A DNA stretch of 64,000 nucleotides from Armatimonadota bacterium (GTDB lineage Bacteria; Armatimonadota; Chthonomonadetes; Chthonomonadales; Chthonomonadaceae), in NCBI GenBank assembly GCA_028871815.1, contig JAGWMJ010000001.1, positions 584,715-648,714 of the forward strand, read 5' to 3'. Made by a program: the position numbers and the translations under genes. The notes under the pieces are model-generated. The model worked only from the letters and a program-made list of their open reading frames with translations, searched no databases and had not been told where the DNA came from. Position 1 is the stretch's first letter. Each line of letters begins with the position of its first letter. Positions 17,692 through 27,315 of this stretch are shown in pieces.

Positions 17692-17991
17692 CGCAAAGGC
17701 GGGTCGAGGGCTTGGAAAGCTGCAATGTGTGTGGCATCATGGCATATAGCCGGCAGCGCCGCCATAGGCTCTGCGGTACGCAGCCGGCGCTGCCATGCCG
17801 CCCGGGCGACCTCCAGAGGGCCATGACACCACTTCTGAGGGCGGCCGCAAAAGGAATTCTGCTGCCCGGAACGGAACAGTGACCGGACCCGAAGCCGGCG
17901 AGATAGCACGGTTCGCCACGCTGACCTGCTAACCCTTCCGCTGTGGCAGCAATCCTGCTGTAATCCGCAGATCCACGCACAAACTCTTGCC

Positions 17992-18687
17992 ATGAAGCCT
18001 GTAGTACAGATATCTTTGGACCTGACCAGCATCGCCGAAGCGCTTCAGACCGCGCACATCGCCATGCGGGCCGGCATCGACTGGCTGGAAGCCGGTACGC
18101 CGCTTATCCTGGCTGAAGGGCTCCATGGTGTTCGGGCGCTGCGAGAGGCATTTCCTGAAACGCCTATCGTGGCCGATCTGAAAACGATGGATGGCGGATA
18201 CCTGGAGGCCGAGATGATGGCCGGCGCCGGCGCTACGCATGTGGTGGTGATGGCGCGCGCGCATCCCGCAACCGTGAAACAGGTAGTCCAGGCGGGACAC
18301 GATACGGGTGTTAAGGTTATGGGAGACAACCTGGGTTGTGAGGACATGGTTGCCGGCGCCAGGCTGTTGGAGGAGCTCGGCTGCGACTATGTGATCCACC
18401 ATATCGGTTACGACGAGAGGCGCGACGCGGATGTGCAGCAACGGCATGGCGGCCGGATGCCGAGTCCACTGGATCAACTGGCCGAGGTGACCCGCGCCGT
18501 AAGCGTACCGGTTCAGGCAGTAGGCGGCCTCAGCATCGAGCAGGCCATTGCATGCCCGCGCTATGGCGCCCCACTGGTGGTGATTGGCGCGCCTCTAGCC
18601 GTGGATGCCGATGCGTTCAAGCCAGCCGGTGGCGACCTTGAAGGGACCCTGAGAGCTATCTGTGCCAGCATCCGCGAGGTGGATTGA
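17992..18687 (+). CDS. 3-hexulose-6-phosphate synthase / KGPDC-family protein (OMP decarboxylase suprafamily).
   Basis: VQISLDLTSIAEALQTAHIAMRAGIDWLEAGTPLILAEGLHGVRALREAFPETPIVADLKTMDGG follows the HPS/KGPDC pattern (LQVALDL...EVGTPLIKAEG...ADLKTMDAG). Confidence 0.8.
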   Translation: MKPVVQISLDLTSIAEALQTAHIAMRAGIDWLEAGTPLILAEGLHGVRALREAFPETPIVADLKTMDGGYLEAEMMAGAGATHVVVMARAHPATVKQVVQAGHDTGVKVMGDNLGCEDMVAGARLLEELGCDYVIHHIGYDERRDADVQQRHGGRMPSPLDQLAEVTRAVSVPVQAVGGLSIEQAIACPRYGAPLVVIGAPLAVDADAFKPAGGDLEGTLRAICASIREVD

Positions 18688-18690
18688 GCG

Positions 18691-19134
18691 ATGACGGTGA
18701 AGGCGCGCCATGCTCGCAATCTGTCGATGATGGATGCCGTGACCATTGCCGGAATGCTTACGGCAATCGGCAGCCTGTTCGGTGCATGGGAGCGCTACAC
18801 TCCTGCCGTTCAGTCGCTGGGCCTTCCAGGAGCGCTTGTAAGCCATGTCAGCCTGCAGCGGTCGGGTTTTCAGTCCTCGGTCCGCTGGCCTATCACGGTT
18901 GCAGCTCTTGCCACCGGCGGCTTGCTGCTGTGGAACCGCGGTCGTAACGCACGGCTCTACTCCGCAGTGCTGCAGGCCGGCTGCGGAGCGGCATGCGTCG
19001 CTATGGCTATGGCGCACCTTGCACTACTGGGAGGTGTGATCGGCGGGTTCGCTGCCGGCACGTTGATTCTGTTTGGCGCGTGGGGGCGCAGTGGCGCCAG
19101 CCTTAGCTTCGGTTCGCAGGAGCCGCAACCATGA
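18691..19134 (+). CDS. Hypothetical membrane protein.
   Basis: Four hydrophobic helices. It sits 4 nt after the HPS-like gene and overlaps the next gene's start by 4 nt, consistent with an operon. Confidence 0.5.
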   Translation: MTVKARHARNLSMMDAVTIAGMLTAIGSLFGAWERYTPAVQSLGLPGALVSHVSLQRSGFQSSVRWPITVAALATGGLLLWNRGRNARLYSAVLQAGCGAACVAMAMAHLALLGGVIGGFAAGTLILFGAWGRSGASLSFGSQEPQP

Positions 19135-21677
19135 AAGCTGTGATTATGGCCGGCGGCGAAGGCACCCGCCTGCGGCCGTTGACCTCGCATCGCCCCAAGC
19201 CGCTGGTTTCGGCGCTGAACATGCCGATTATGGAGCACATCGTGCTGCTGCTGAAGCGGCATGGAATCACCGATATTGTAGTGACCCTGCACTATCTGGC
19301 CGATGAGATACAGGGTTACTTTGGCGATGGCAGCGATCTCGGCGTAAATCTCTCGTGGTTTATTGAAGATACGCCCCTTGGGACCGCAGGCAGCGTAAAG
19401 CAGGCCGAGGAGCAGTTGAAGGATTCGCCATTCCTGATCATAAGCGGCGACGCCCTCACCGACGTGAACCTGGAGCGCGTTATCGCGTGGCACACGGAGA
19501 AGGGCAGCGCCGCCACCATTGTGTTAGCTCACAATCCCAATCCGCTGGAATACGGGGTGGTGATCACCAACGACGAGGGGCGCGTAAGCCGGTTCCTGGA
19601 GAAGCCGTCGTGGGGCGAGGTGTTTTCCGATACCGTCAACACCGGCATCTACATTCTGGAACCCGGCATTCTGGGATATATGGAGCCACGCCGTAACTAT
19701 GACTGGAGCCGCGACATCTTTCCGCGGCTACTGGACGAAGGTCGCCCGATGTTTGGGTACGTGATGGATGGCGACTACTGGTGTGACGTAGGCAACCTGC
19801 AAGACTACCGTGAATCTCAGTACGCGGTTTTGGATGGCGCGACGAGGATTCCGCTGGGACATACGCCCGGGCAGCAGGATGCAAACCGCATCTGGGTAGC
19901 TGATGGATGCGAAATCGATCCTACAGCGCAGATCAAGCCGCCGGTGATGATCGGACGTAACTGCGTGATCAAGGCGAATGCCGAGGTGGGCCCGTCTTCG
20001 GTGATCGGCGACCAGGCGATCATTGAAAGCGGCGCCAAGATTGGACGCAGCATCCTGTGGGACAACGTCTACGTAGGAGTGGACAGCGACCTGTACGGCT
20101 GTACGATCTGCTCCCACGCCACGATAAAGCAGGGAGTGAAGATCCAGGAAGGCGCCGTCGTCGGGAGCGGGTGCCGCATTGAGGATGGCAGCACGGTACG
20201 CTCGCAGATCAAACTGTGGCCCGATAAGATCATTGAGGCCGGCAGCACGGTGACGATGAGCCTTGTATGGGGTCAAAAGTGGGCCGGCACGCTGTTCCGG
20301 AAGCACGGCGTCACGGGTATTGCGAATGTGGAGATCACGCCGGACCTTGCCTGCAAGCTCGGCGCATCCTTTGGCGGGTACCTTCGCCGAGGCGCTACCG
20401 TTGTTGCCAGCCGCGACTCCGGCCCCGTTGCGCGCATGATGAAGCGCGCGCTCATGAGTGGTCTGCTTTCGGTTGGCGTGAATGTGCTGGATATGAGTTC
20501 GATGCCGCTGCCCATTGCGCGGCACACCATCCTGGGATCACTCTCGGGGGGTGGTGTTCACGTTCGGGTCGCGCCGAACAACCCGCGTAACACGCTCATC
20601 GAGTTCTTCGATGGCCATGGTATCTATCTAAGCGTGAACGATGAGCGCAAGGTGGAGACTATCTTTTTCCGTGAGGACTTCCGTCGGGTAGATGCCGAGC
20701 AGGTGGGCCAACTCGAGTTTGCCGGTCGCGGCATGGAGCAGTATGCGGAAGACTTCCGCCATCACGTTGACGCCGACGCTGTGCGGAACAACGCTCTCTC
20801 GGTGGTTGCCGACTTCGCCTATGGCCGTCTCGGCATGTACTATCCCGCCATCCTTGGCAGGCTTGGGTGCGATGTGGTTGCGCTAAACGCCTACCCGGAC
20901 GTGGAGAAGATACCGCGCGCCACCGCCGATCGTGCCGCCGGTTTGGCAAACCTCGCCCGCATCGTTCAAACGCTGCGGGCCGATCTGGGCGTGCTGTTCG
21001 AGGCCGACGGCGAGCGACTTACGCTGGTGGACGCAAATGGCAGGATTATAGAGCGGGATGCGCTTCTTACGCTGATGTGCGTGCTATTTGCACGGACGCA
21101 CCCGGATGCCCGTATTGCAGTGCCCGTGACGGCGCCACGATCGCTGGAGGCGCTGACCAGCCTGCACGGCGCATCGATTACCCGTACACGCACCGACACG
21201 CGAGATTTGATGGCACTGTGCCACAGTGGCGTGCCGGCTGCATCTCGCATCGACTTCGCCGCCGATAGCTCCGGCGGTTTCATATTCTCCGAGTTCCAGC
21301 CCACGTTTGACGCGATGTTCAGCTTTTCGAAACTGCTGGAGATTCTGGCTACCACCGGCCTCCGCATTGCCGAGATTGCCGACGAACTGCCGGCATCCTG
21401 GCTAAGCGAGGCAGTTGTAAAATGCCCGTGGGAGGAGAAGGGGAACATCATGCGCAACCTCATGCGCGAGGTGGACGCAGTTACGGAAGGTGGTGGCCGG
21501 GTAGATCTGATTGACGGCCTGAAGTTTTACCACGGCGACGATTGGGTACTGGTGATGCCCGATTCGTCCGATCCGTGCTTCCATGTATTCGCCGAAGCGG
21601 GAGATTCTGAGGCAACGGAGCGGCTTAAGCTGGAGTATGTGCGCAAAATCGAAGCGCTGCGCCGCCCCGGATTGTAG
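19131..21677 (+). CDS. Fused sugar-1-phosphate nucleotidyltransferase (mannose-1-P guanylyltransferase-like, with a left-handed beta-helix) and phosphohexomutase (PMM/PGM).
   Basis: The N-terminal [25 protein letters not shown] is the NTP-transferase G-loop. Hexapeptide repeats follow ([32 protein letters not shown]). The C-terminal half carries phosphomutase-like segments ([11 protein letters not shown]...; [14 protein letters not shown]). Confidence 0.85.
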   Translation: MKAVIMAGGEGTRLRPLTSHRPKPLVSALNMPIMEHIVLLLKRHGITDIVVTLHYLADEIQGYFGDGSDLGVNLSWFIEDTPLGTAGSVKQAEEQLKDSPFLIISGDALTDVNLERVIAWHTEKGSAATIVLAHNPNPLEYGVVITNDEGRVSRFLEKPSWGEVFSDTVNTGIYILEPGILGYMEPRRNYDWSRDIFPRLLDEGRPMFGYVMDGDYWCDVGNLQDYRESQYAVLDGATRIPLGHTPGQQDANRIWVADGCEIDPTAQIKPPVMIGRNCVIKANAEVGPSSVIGDQAIIESGAKIGRSILWDNVYVGVDSDLYGCTICSHATIKQGVKIQEGAVVGSGCRIEDGSTVRSQIKLWPDKIIEAGSTVTMSLVWGQKWAGTLFRKHGVTGIANVEITPDLACKLGASFGGYLRRGATVVASRDSGPVARMMKRALMSGLLSVGVNVLDMSSMPLPIARHTILGSLSGGGVHVRVAPNNPRNTLIEFFDGHGIYLSVNDERKVETIFFREDFRRVDAEQVGQLEFAGRGMEQYAEDFRHHVDADAVRNNALSVVADFAYGRLGMYYPAILGRLGCDVVALNAYPDVEKIPRATADRAAGLANLARIVQTLRADLGVLFEADGERLTLVDANGRIIERDALLTLMCVLFARTHPDARIAVPVTAPRSLEALTSLHGASITRTRTDTRDLMALCHSGVPAASRIDFAADSSGGFIFSEFQPTFDAMFSFSKLLEILATTGLRIAEIADELPASWLSEAVVKCPWEEKGNIMRNLMREVDAVTEGGGRVDLIDGLKFYHGDDWVLVMPDSSDPCFHVFAEAGDSEATERLKLEYVRKIEALRRPGL

Positions 21678-21694
21678 CCAGACGGACTGATGGA

Positions 21695-21765
21695 CTGGGG
21701 GACCAGGATTCGAACCTGGGTTAACGGCTTCAAAGGCCGCTGTCCTGCCGCTGGACGATCCCCCA
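21695..21765 (-). tRNA. tRNA-Gln (anticodon TTG); CCA not encoded.
   Basis: The minus-strand sequence is TGGGGGATCGTCCAGCGGCAGGACAGCGGCCTTTGAAGCCGTTAACCCAGGTTCGAATCCTGGTCCCCCAG. The acceptor stem is TGGGGGA/TCCCCCA, the anticodon loop is CTTTGAA and the T-loop is TTCGAAT. The acceptor ends match bacterial tRNA-Gln. Confidence 0.9.
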
Positions 21766-21778
21766 TCAGGGCATGGGG

Positions 21779-21807
21779 ATTATACTCGGCTCGCGAGGAC
21801 GCGTCAA
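21779..21807 (-). promoter_or_regulatory. Sigma70-type promoter for tRNA-Gln.
   Basis: On the minus strand: TTGACG, a 17-nt spacer, then TATAAT. The tRNA 5' end is 13 nt downstream. This is the same architecture as the tRNA-Ser promoter. Confidence 0.45.
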
Positions 21808-21843
21808 ACCTTGCCGTTCGGATCAGCCGTTCAAGCATAACGA

Positions 21844-21870
21844 CCCCCTGCGACGTTTGATCGCAGGGGG
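21844..21870 (-). terminator. GC-rich hairpin downstream of the KGG-repeat gene; candidate intrinsic terminator.
   Basis: CCCCCTGCGA-(7 nt)-TCGCAGGGGG is a perfect 10-bp stem, 28 nt after the stop of the 21898..22185 gene. It is followed on the minus strand by UCGUUAUGCUU. Confidence 0.4.
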
Positions 21871-21897
21871 CCGTGCGCTTCCGGGAGTTGCCGCGCG

Positions 21898-22185
21898 CTA
21901 CTTGCTCTCGCCGCCGCGCCGGCCGATTTCGGCCATGTGCTCGCGATTCTCCGAAATCTTTGAGCCGCCGATTTTGCCGATTTCCGACATATGGGCGCGG
22001 TTTTGAGATACTTTGGATCCGCCTTTACGCCCAATTTCCGCCATATGTTCGCGGTTGGAGGCAACCTTGGCGCCACCTTTGCGGCCCGCCATGGCGTGGC
22101 CCTGCGGGTCGCCGTGCCAGCCGCGTCCCGTGGAGAGCGCTATGGCCTCGGCCACAGCCACACCGCCCTTTTTACTCTTTTTCAT
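21898..22185 (-). CDS. KGG-repeat general stress protein (YciG-like).
   Basis: Three tandem units read NREHMAEIGRKGGSKVS, NRAHMSEIGKIGGSKIS and NREHMAEIGRRGGES. They are encoded by about 57-nt in-frame DNA repeats. Confidence 0.7.
   Translation of the reverse strand: MKKSKKGGVAVAEAIALSTGRGWHGDPQGHAMAGRKGGAKVASNREHMAEIGRKGGSKVSQNRAHMSEIGKIGGSKISENREHMAEIGRRGGESK
21920..22110 (-). repeat. Three tandem in-frame repeats of about 57 nt inside the KGG-repeat gene.
   Basis: The segments cgccatatgttcgcggttgga..., cgacatatgggcgcggttttgaga... and ggccatgtgctcgcgattctccga... encode the REHMAEIGRKGG units. Confidence 0.6.
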
Positions 22186-22460
22186 TGTTGACCATGCTCC
22201 AGTCCCGTTGCAGCTGTATCGCTACAAAGGATTGGCTCCCGGCCTGGGGGGCGAGGCGCGACAGCCTAGTGGTTCTATTACGAACGCACGGTGCGTGGTA
22301 GTGCCCGATCAGCGCGGAAGGTCGTCGGCCCGCGGCGCCGCAGCCGGGTCTTGCCTTCAAGACGCCTGGACGGCTGCCATGATGGCGGTACAATGGCGTC
22401 GTGTGGCCCGGCTGGTAACAGGCCGAGCCAACGCTATCCGGAAGGTGGAGGGATCGACCA

Positions 22461-22886
22461 ATGAAGCGTGCGGGAGTATGGCTTTCGATAGGGCTGTTGT
22501 GCAGTTTTGCAGCCGGGGCTGCGGCTGGGCCGCAGTTGGGCAAGCTGCTAAAAGGCGGCGGCATCATGCTGGTGGTGCACACATTTGGCCCGCAGATCAA
22601 CCGGTTCATCAATGGACTCACCCACACCTCCACTACCGGCGAGAACTATGCCACCAAGGTCGTGCCCGTGCTGTCGGTCGGCACCGGCGCCTATGCCGGA
22701 GCGGTGCAGGTGATGGGACCAGGCGCTCGGGTCAGTCAGGTACAGGCGGTTGCCGAGGTTGGTGGCAACTTCCGGCCGCTTGGCGTTCAGGTGCGCGCGC
22801 TGGTTCCGATAGCTTCGACCAAGGTCACATCCTTGCGCCGGGTACCGGGCGTTGGCGTCAGCGGCATTATCGACGTTAAGCTGTAG
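22461..22886 (+). CDS. Hypothetical secreted protein.
   Basis: A strong Shine-Dalgarno box (GGAAGGTGGAGGG) sits 6 nt upstream. A signal-peptide-like N-terminus reads MKRAGVWLSIGLLCSFAAGAAAG. Confidence 0.55.
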   Translation: MKRAGVWLSIGLLCSFAAGAAAGPQLGKLLKGGGIMLVVHTFGPQINRFINGLTHTSTTGENYATKVVPVLSVGTGAYAGAVQVMGPGARVSQVQAVAEVGGNFRPLGVQVRALVPIASTKVTSLRRVPGVGVSGIIDVKL

Positions 22887-22898
22887 CTCGGGCAGCCG

Positions 22899-23813
22899 AT
22901 GAGTCAGCGCCTTGCCTGGAAGGTGTCGCTCCACGGGGGTCACAGCAGCCAGTTCTGTGATCACGCCTCAAGCACGCTGGACGAGATGCTGCGGGCGGCG
23001 GCCGCCTTCGGTTACGCTGCTTTCGGTGTTTCGGAGCATGCGCCACGGAGCGAGAATCGGTTTCTCTATCCTGAAGAGCGGAGTCTGGGTTGGGACGCCA
23101 CAAAACTGGCGTCCGATTTCGAGGCGTTCACCGTCGCCATCAATGCTGCTGCGTCCACGCACCGAGACGGTATGGAGGTGCTCCGCGGTTTCGAGGCCGA
23201 GGTGGTGCCTTCGGCCGGCTACGCCCCCATCATGAATCGGCTGCGCCGCAGCAGGCTGTCGGATGGTAATCCCGCGTTCGACTATATGGTGGGTTCCGTT
23301 CATCATGTTGGCGAGTTGCAGATCGATGGCCCGGCAGCCGATTTTATGGCGGCCATTGAGGCAACCGGCGGGCCCGAGGCGCTGGCGATTGCCTACTATG
23401 CGCAGGTCGCCGAGATGCTTGACACGCTCAAGCCGGATGTAGCCGCGCACCTGGATCTGATCAGGAAGCGGGGCGAGCCGATGTTTCCCGACACCAACTG
23501 GCGCTCGCCGCGAATCCGCGCGGCAGCTGAGCGTGCCCTGGAAGCCGTGCTCAGTTGCGGGGCGATTATCGATGTCAATACGGCTGGTTGGCGCAAGGGT
23601 CTGGATACGCCCTATCCGGAGCCATGGCTGGTTCACCGCGCGGCGGCGATGGGGTGTGTGTTCTGTTTTGGAGACGACAGCCACTGCGCCGCTGATGTCG
23701 GCGCCGGCGTTGAGCGGGCGCGACACTATCTACTGGGCTGCGGCGTCACAACGATTACCACGTTGAGGCGGGCCGGAAGCGGCACAGAACGCGCGGCTGC
23801 CAGCCTGGTGTAG
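22899..23813 (+). CDS. hisK: Histidinol-phosphatase, PHP family (HisK/HisJ-like).
   Basis: PHP metal-binding motifs are present: SLHGGHSSQFCDHAS (HxH...D), GFEAE and GSVHH. Confidence 0.8.
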   Translation: MSQRLAWKVSLHGGHSSQFCDHASSTLDEMLRAAAAFGYAAFGVSEHAPRSENRFLYPEERSLGWDATKLASDFEAFTVAINAAASTHRDGMEVLRGFEAEVVPSAGYAPIMNRLRRSRLSDGNPAFDYMVGSVHHVGELQIDGPAADFMAAIEATGGPEALAIAYYAQVAEMLDTLKPDVAAHLDLIRKRGEPMFPDTNWRSPRIRAAAERALEAVLSCGAIIDVNTAGWRKGLDTPYPEPWLVHRAAAMGCVFCFGDDSHCAADVGAGVERARHYLLGCGVTTITTLRRAGSGTERAAASLV

Positions 23814-23926
23814 TCGTGGGTCGGCAGGAGGCGCCCACAACGGGTAACGGGTCGTGAGCTTGCCTTCGGACGCCTGGCTGCGCAATGGCACGCCGGCCGT
23901 ACGGCTAATCTGCCGACTGTGCGCTA

Positions 23927-24355
23927 CTACCCGCCTGGCGCCGCCGCTGACAGCTCCCGCGTCAGATACTCTTCGGCCAGGATCACCGCAACCACGTCGT
24001 CGTACGGCTCATTGGGAGTGCGGAGCGAGCGAGGCAGCATTCGCTGCCATCCCCGAGGGCGCTGCTCAGCAACGCAGCGAGCGCGGGCTCGCTCGGAACT
24101 GTTGCGCTCCGGCACCGGGATGACCGGCAGCTTGCCTGCGACGGCACGCAGGTCGGTGGTGGCGTCACGAGAACCGGTGCCGTTGCCCACCAGAATACAA
24201 TCGGGGCAAAAACGGTGCAGCAGATCGATCACCCGCGAGCGCAGCTCTGTACGCGGAACAATCCCGTGCCACAACACGGTGGCGGGCGCCTCCAACACGG
24301 CAACGCCGCACTTGCCGGTACCGGGGTCTACGGAGAGTACCCGGCGGACTGTCAC
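23927..24355 (-). CDS. YqgF/RuvX-like RNase H-fold protein; second paralog in the window.
   Basis: It aligns motif by motif with the yqgF gene at 35337: RVLSVDPGTGKCGVAVLEA ~ RFLGLDIGDARTGVAVSDA; CILVGNGTGSRD ~ AIVVGLPKMMNG; PVIPVPERNSSERA ~ PIHMQDERLTTHA; VVAVILAEEYL ~ AAACIILQEWL. Its GTG start overlaps the upstream gene's TGA in a GTGA arrangement. The longer track ORF has an Arg-rich junk N-terminus. Confidence 0.6.
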   Translation of the reverse strand: MTVRRVLSVDPGTGKCGVAVLEAPATVLWHGIVPRTELRSRVIDLLHRFCPDCILVGNGTGSRDATTDLRAVAGKLPVIPVPERNSSERARARCVAEQRPRGWQRMLPRSLRTPNEPYDDVVAVILAEEYLTRELSAAAPGG

Positions 24356-25965
24356 TGCACGTTTGGCGCAGTTGGCGGACCCAGCGCCGGCGGCGCGGCC
24401 TTGCCACCGGGCGCGCGCCCCACTATGAAATCCAGGCTCAGCGGATCGGCGGCCCGCATGCTTCGTGCTGCCACGGCCTGCAGCCGCACCATTCCGCCCA
24501 CCTTGAGCACTCGCATCGCAAGGTCGGTGAGTTGTGCCGGACCAAGTGTACCGATCTCCTCCTGGTTGGTATCGGGGTCGCGCCGCGGAATCATTCCGAC
24601 GCCAACCGCTGCGTTCTTCACATCGACTTGAAGGAAGCTCAAGATGCTGTCGACCACTTTCGAAGCCGGTTGATGTGCGTTGATCCGCGTCCATGCCACC
24701 ACATCGCCCTTATGGAACACATCGCCCGGGTTGACTTCGTGCAGCGTCAGGTCAACAATGGCCTGTTCGTTCGACAGCGTATTAATCACCACATTTGCCT
24801 GAACCACAATAGGCTTGTCGGCGGCGGCCAACCGCTCGGTCAGCAGATCCAGACTGCCCTGTTCATTTACCAGCCTGTAGCCGGCTTGCGAGGCAAAGTT
24901 CTTACTGATAATCTCAACGGCGCGTCCATTGGAGCCAATGGCGGCGTGGTGTTCGCGGGCGACGATGCTGGCGTTTACGAGCAGGTCCATAAGTTTCTGG
25001 CGGACCTCGTCCGGCGACGAATGGTCTGGAACGGTGCAGCGTGCCAATTCGTCACCGGCTCGAAGTACTACGTCACCGGTACTCAAGAGCGACGCTGTTT
25101 TATCTAATTCATAGAACTGCGACAGCGCATTGTCGCGCTTTCTGCGTAGTTGCTCGATCTGCCGATTCAGGTCGTTGTTTCCGGCCAGCATCTGGCGGTT
25201 TGCGCGCTCCAGCGCCACATTATCGTGTGAGAGCGAGGTGCGCTGGGCAGTAAGCGCCAGGTTTTGACTGGTCAGGGTTCTGTTGCCCGCTTGCAATCCC
25301 GCGTTGGTTTGCAGCAACGCGGCGTTGCGAGTTTCCAGCGCAGAGTTGTCTCGCGTGAGGTCCAGGCTCTGCTTGCCGAGCTCCTTGTTGTTCACCTGCT
25401 GCCGTGCTACCCTAACGTTCAACGCAGCTTGCACGCCGCGCAGTTTGGCCACAAGCATATCCAGGCCGTTCTTGCGTACTGTAAGCGCGGCATTGGCGGA
25501 GGCAAGTTGTGCGTTGCGGTCGGTCAACCGGCTCGCCGTCTGTTCCATCTGCCGTACCTGACTCTGTCGCTGCGCCAGGCGCTGGTTGGCGGCTCCGAGC
25601 TGCTGTGTGGCAACCGCTGTTTGGGCCACGCTATCCGTATATTGCTGACGTAGCGCGCCGACCTGGCGTGAGTAATTTGCATTATCGGCAGCCAGCCGTA
25701 CATTCAGCCGGCGGTTGGCGGTGATCAGATGCTCACCACGCAAAACCACCTCGCGCACCGGGGGGGCGGCGAACAAGACCGCAGCGATGCTGATCGCCGC
25801 GATGATGCTTCCGGTTGCGGAGGTGATGAGCGCGGCGGTATGACGCGGGCGCAGGCCAAGCAGCGACGCGCGCCGCCTTCCCCACCGGCGCCCAGTGATG
25901 TCACCCCACCAGGCCAACAGCCCGGCGGCCACTACCATTCCTGTTAGAATAAACGCGGTAACCAT
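24352..25965 (-). CDS. Membrane-anchored coiled-coil protein (possibly DUF3084-like).
   Basis: It has two N-terminal transmembrane helices. A coiled-coil-like segment of about 250 aa is rich in N, Q, L, A and R (LNVRLAADNANYSRQVGALRQQ...). A C-terminal globular region follows. Confidence 0.7.
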   Translation of the reverse strand: MVTAFILTGMVVAAGLLAWWGDITGRRWGRRRASLLGLRPRHTAALITSATGSIIAAISIAAVLFAAPPVREVVLRGEHLITANRRLNVRLAADNANYSRQVGALRQQYTDSVAQTAVATQQLGAANQRLAQRQSQVRQMEQTASRLTDRNAQLASANAALTVRKNGLDMLVAKLRGVQAALNVRVARQQVNNKELGKQSLDLTRDNSALETRNAALLQTNAGLQAGNRTLTSQNLALTAQRTSLSHDNVALERANRQMLAGNNDLNRQIEQLRRKRDNALSQFYELDKTASLLSTGDVVLRAGDELARCTVPDHSSPDEVRQKLMDLLVNASIVAREHHAAIGSNGRAVEIISKNFASQAGYRLVNEQGSLDLLTERLAAADKPIVVQANVVINTLSNEQAIVDLTLHEVNPGDVFHKGDVVAWTRINAHQPASKVVDSILSFLQVDVKNAAVGVGMIPRRDPDTNQEEIGTLGPAQLTDLAMRVLKVGGMVRLQAVAARSMRAADPLSLDFIVGRAPGGKAAPPALGPPTAPNVQ

Positions 25966-26154
25966 GGTTCCAAAGCCTGTCCGTGCGACGTGCGCTCACC
26001 GTTTGCCATAGAGATTATATCAGGTAGCCGCTTTCGTGGCGGACTAGAGACGCGGCCTGCGCGTGGATTCGCGCGGCGATGCCGGCAGCGGCGTGCCTCA
26101 CGTGAATGGTGACCGCTGCGTGCCGCCACGTGCAGCCTGCGCCCGGTCGCTCCG

Positions 26155-27315
26155 TCATCGCGATGCGCGCAGTGTGAGGATGGCGCCCACCACCGCGCCG
26201 ATAATGTCGGCCAGGAAGCTCGCCAGCATCGGTGGCAGGCGGCCACCGTTCCCAATGACGAACATCGCGTGGTAGAACGCCCAATAGATGAATACGATAA
26301 AGATGGCCAGACCAAATCCCACCGTGCGGCCGCCACCACGTGTGGTGTTTAATCCAAGCGCCGCGCCCACCACTCCAAATATGAGGCTGGCGATCGGCAG
26401 TGCGATCTTGCCGTAAAGGTTTACTTCCTCGCCGCGGGCTTTAGACAACTCACCGCTGCGCGTATCTTCCGCGGCCCGGGCGCGCAGCTGCGCGAAAGTC
26501 AGCCGATCGGGATCATCGGTGCCGGCGCCGGGTATTTCGCCAAACGGCTTGCGGATCGCGGCATTATCCGCCAGCGTCTTCGTTTGGGCAAAGCGGCCGA
26601 ATTCCGGGTAGCGCCAAAGCCCGGTTTTTGGGTCGCGCCACGGCGCCACGGCATACCCGTTATAGTAGGTCCAGTCCAGGCCGAGCGCATCCCGAGCCAC
26701 GGCACGGTCGCAGTAGACTATCACCTGCGGTTCGCCATGCCTGCCGCGAGCGTCGGCATACTTCAGGATCGTTACCCCTCGAATCGTCTTGGTCTTCGGA
26801 TCCCAGCCGCGTGCTACGGTCACGTACTCCTCAACGCCGGCTCCATCCGGATAATCGAACGAAAACGCCAGCGGCTGTGTGGATTTGAAGTAGTGGCTCA
26901 CAACCTGCTGTTGAAGGTTCCAGAATGCGGTGCTTGCCGGCGGCACCACGATATCGTTCCAGAAGAAGGCAACCACGCTCACCACAACCCCGGCCAGGAT
27001 GACGCCGCGGATCATTCTAGGAAAGCTGCATCCTGCCGCAAATAGGGCCACGGCCTCTCTATCGGCCGAGATGCGCCCAAAGGAGAGCAGGCCGGCCAGC
27101 AGCATGGCCATTGGAAACGTTTGCGCCGTTACGCTCGGCAGCTTGAACACGATTAGCTTGAGAACCGCGCCAGTCGACGCGCCCTTCACAATGAGGTCGG
27201 TGGCCTGGGGCAGGTAGGCGGCGGCGAATACCAGCACCAGGAACATGAAGAAGCCATTCACAAACGGCCCGATCAGGTCAATGGCTACAAGGCGGTCAAC
27301 GAGGCGCAGCATCAT
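26155..27315 (-). CDS. lptF: LptF/LptG-family lipopolysaccharide export permease.
   Basis: The YjgP/YjgQ-type N-terminus reads MMLRLVDRLVAIDLIGPFVNGFFMFLVLVF. It has six transmembrane helices with a large periplasmic loop. The start is taken at the internal MM to limit overlap with lptB. Confidence 0.85.
   Translation of the reverse strand: MMLRLVDRLVAIDLIGPFVNGFFMFLVLVFAAAYLPQATDLIVKGASTGAVLKLIVFKLPSVTAQTFPMAMLLAGLLSFGRISADREAVALFAAGCSFPRMIRGVILAGVVVSVVAFFWNDIVVPPASTAFWNLQQQVVSHYFKSTQPLAFSFDYPDGAGVEEYVTVARGWDPKTKTIRGVTILKYADARGRHGEPQVIVYCDRAVARDALGLDWTYYNGYAVAPWRDPKTGLWRYPEFGRFAQTKTLADNAAIRKPFGEIPGAGTDDPDRLTFAQLRARAAEDTRSGELSKARGEEVNLYGKIALPIASLIFGVVGAALGLNTTRGGGRTVGFGLAIFIVFIYWAFYHAMFVIGNGGRLPPMLASFLADIIGAVVGAILTLRASR

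Noticed and set aside
22013-22879. 288-aa plus-strand ORF spanning the KGG gene and the secreted-protein gene.
   Set aside because: It overlaps two better-supported genes. The KGG gene is a recognised repeat family on the other strand, and the 22461 ORF has a Shine-Dalgarno box and a signal peptide. Its product is Arg/Trp-rich.
22968-23726. 252-aa minus-strand ORF.
   Set aside because: Antisense to the PHP histidinol phosphatase gene.
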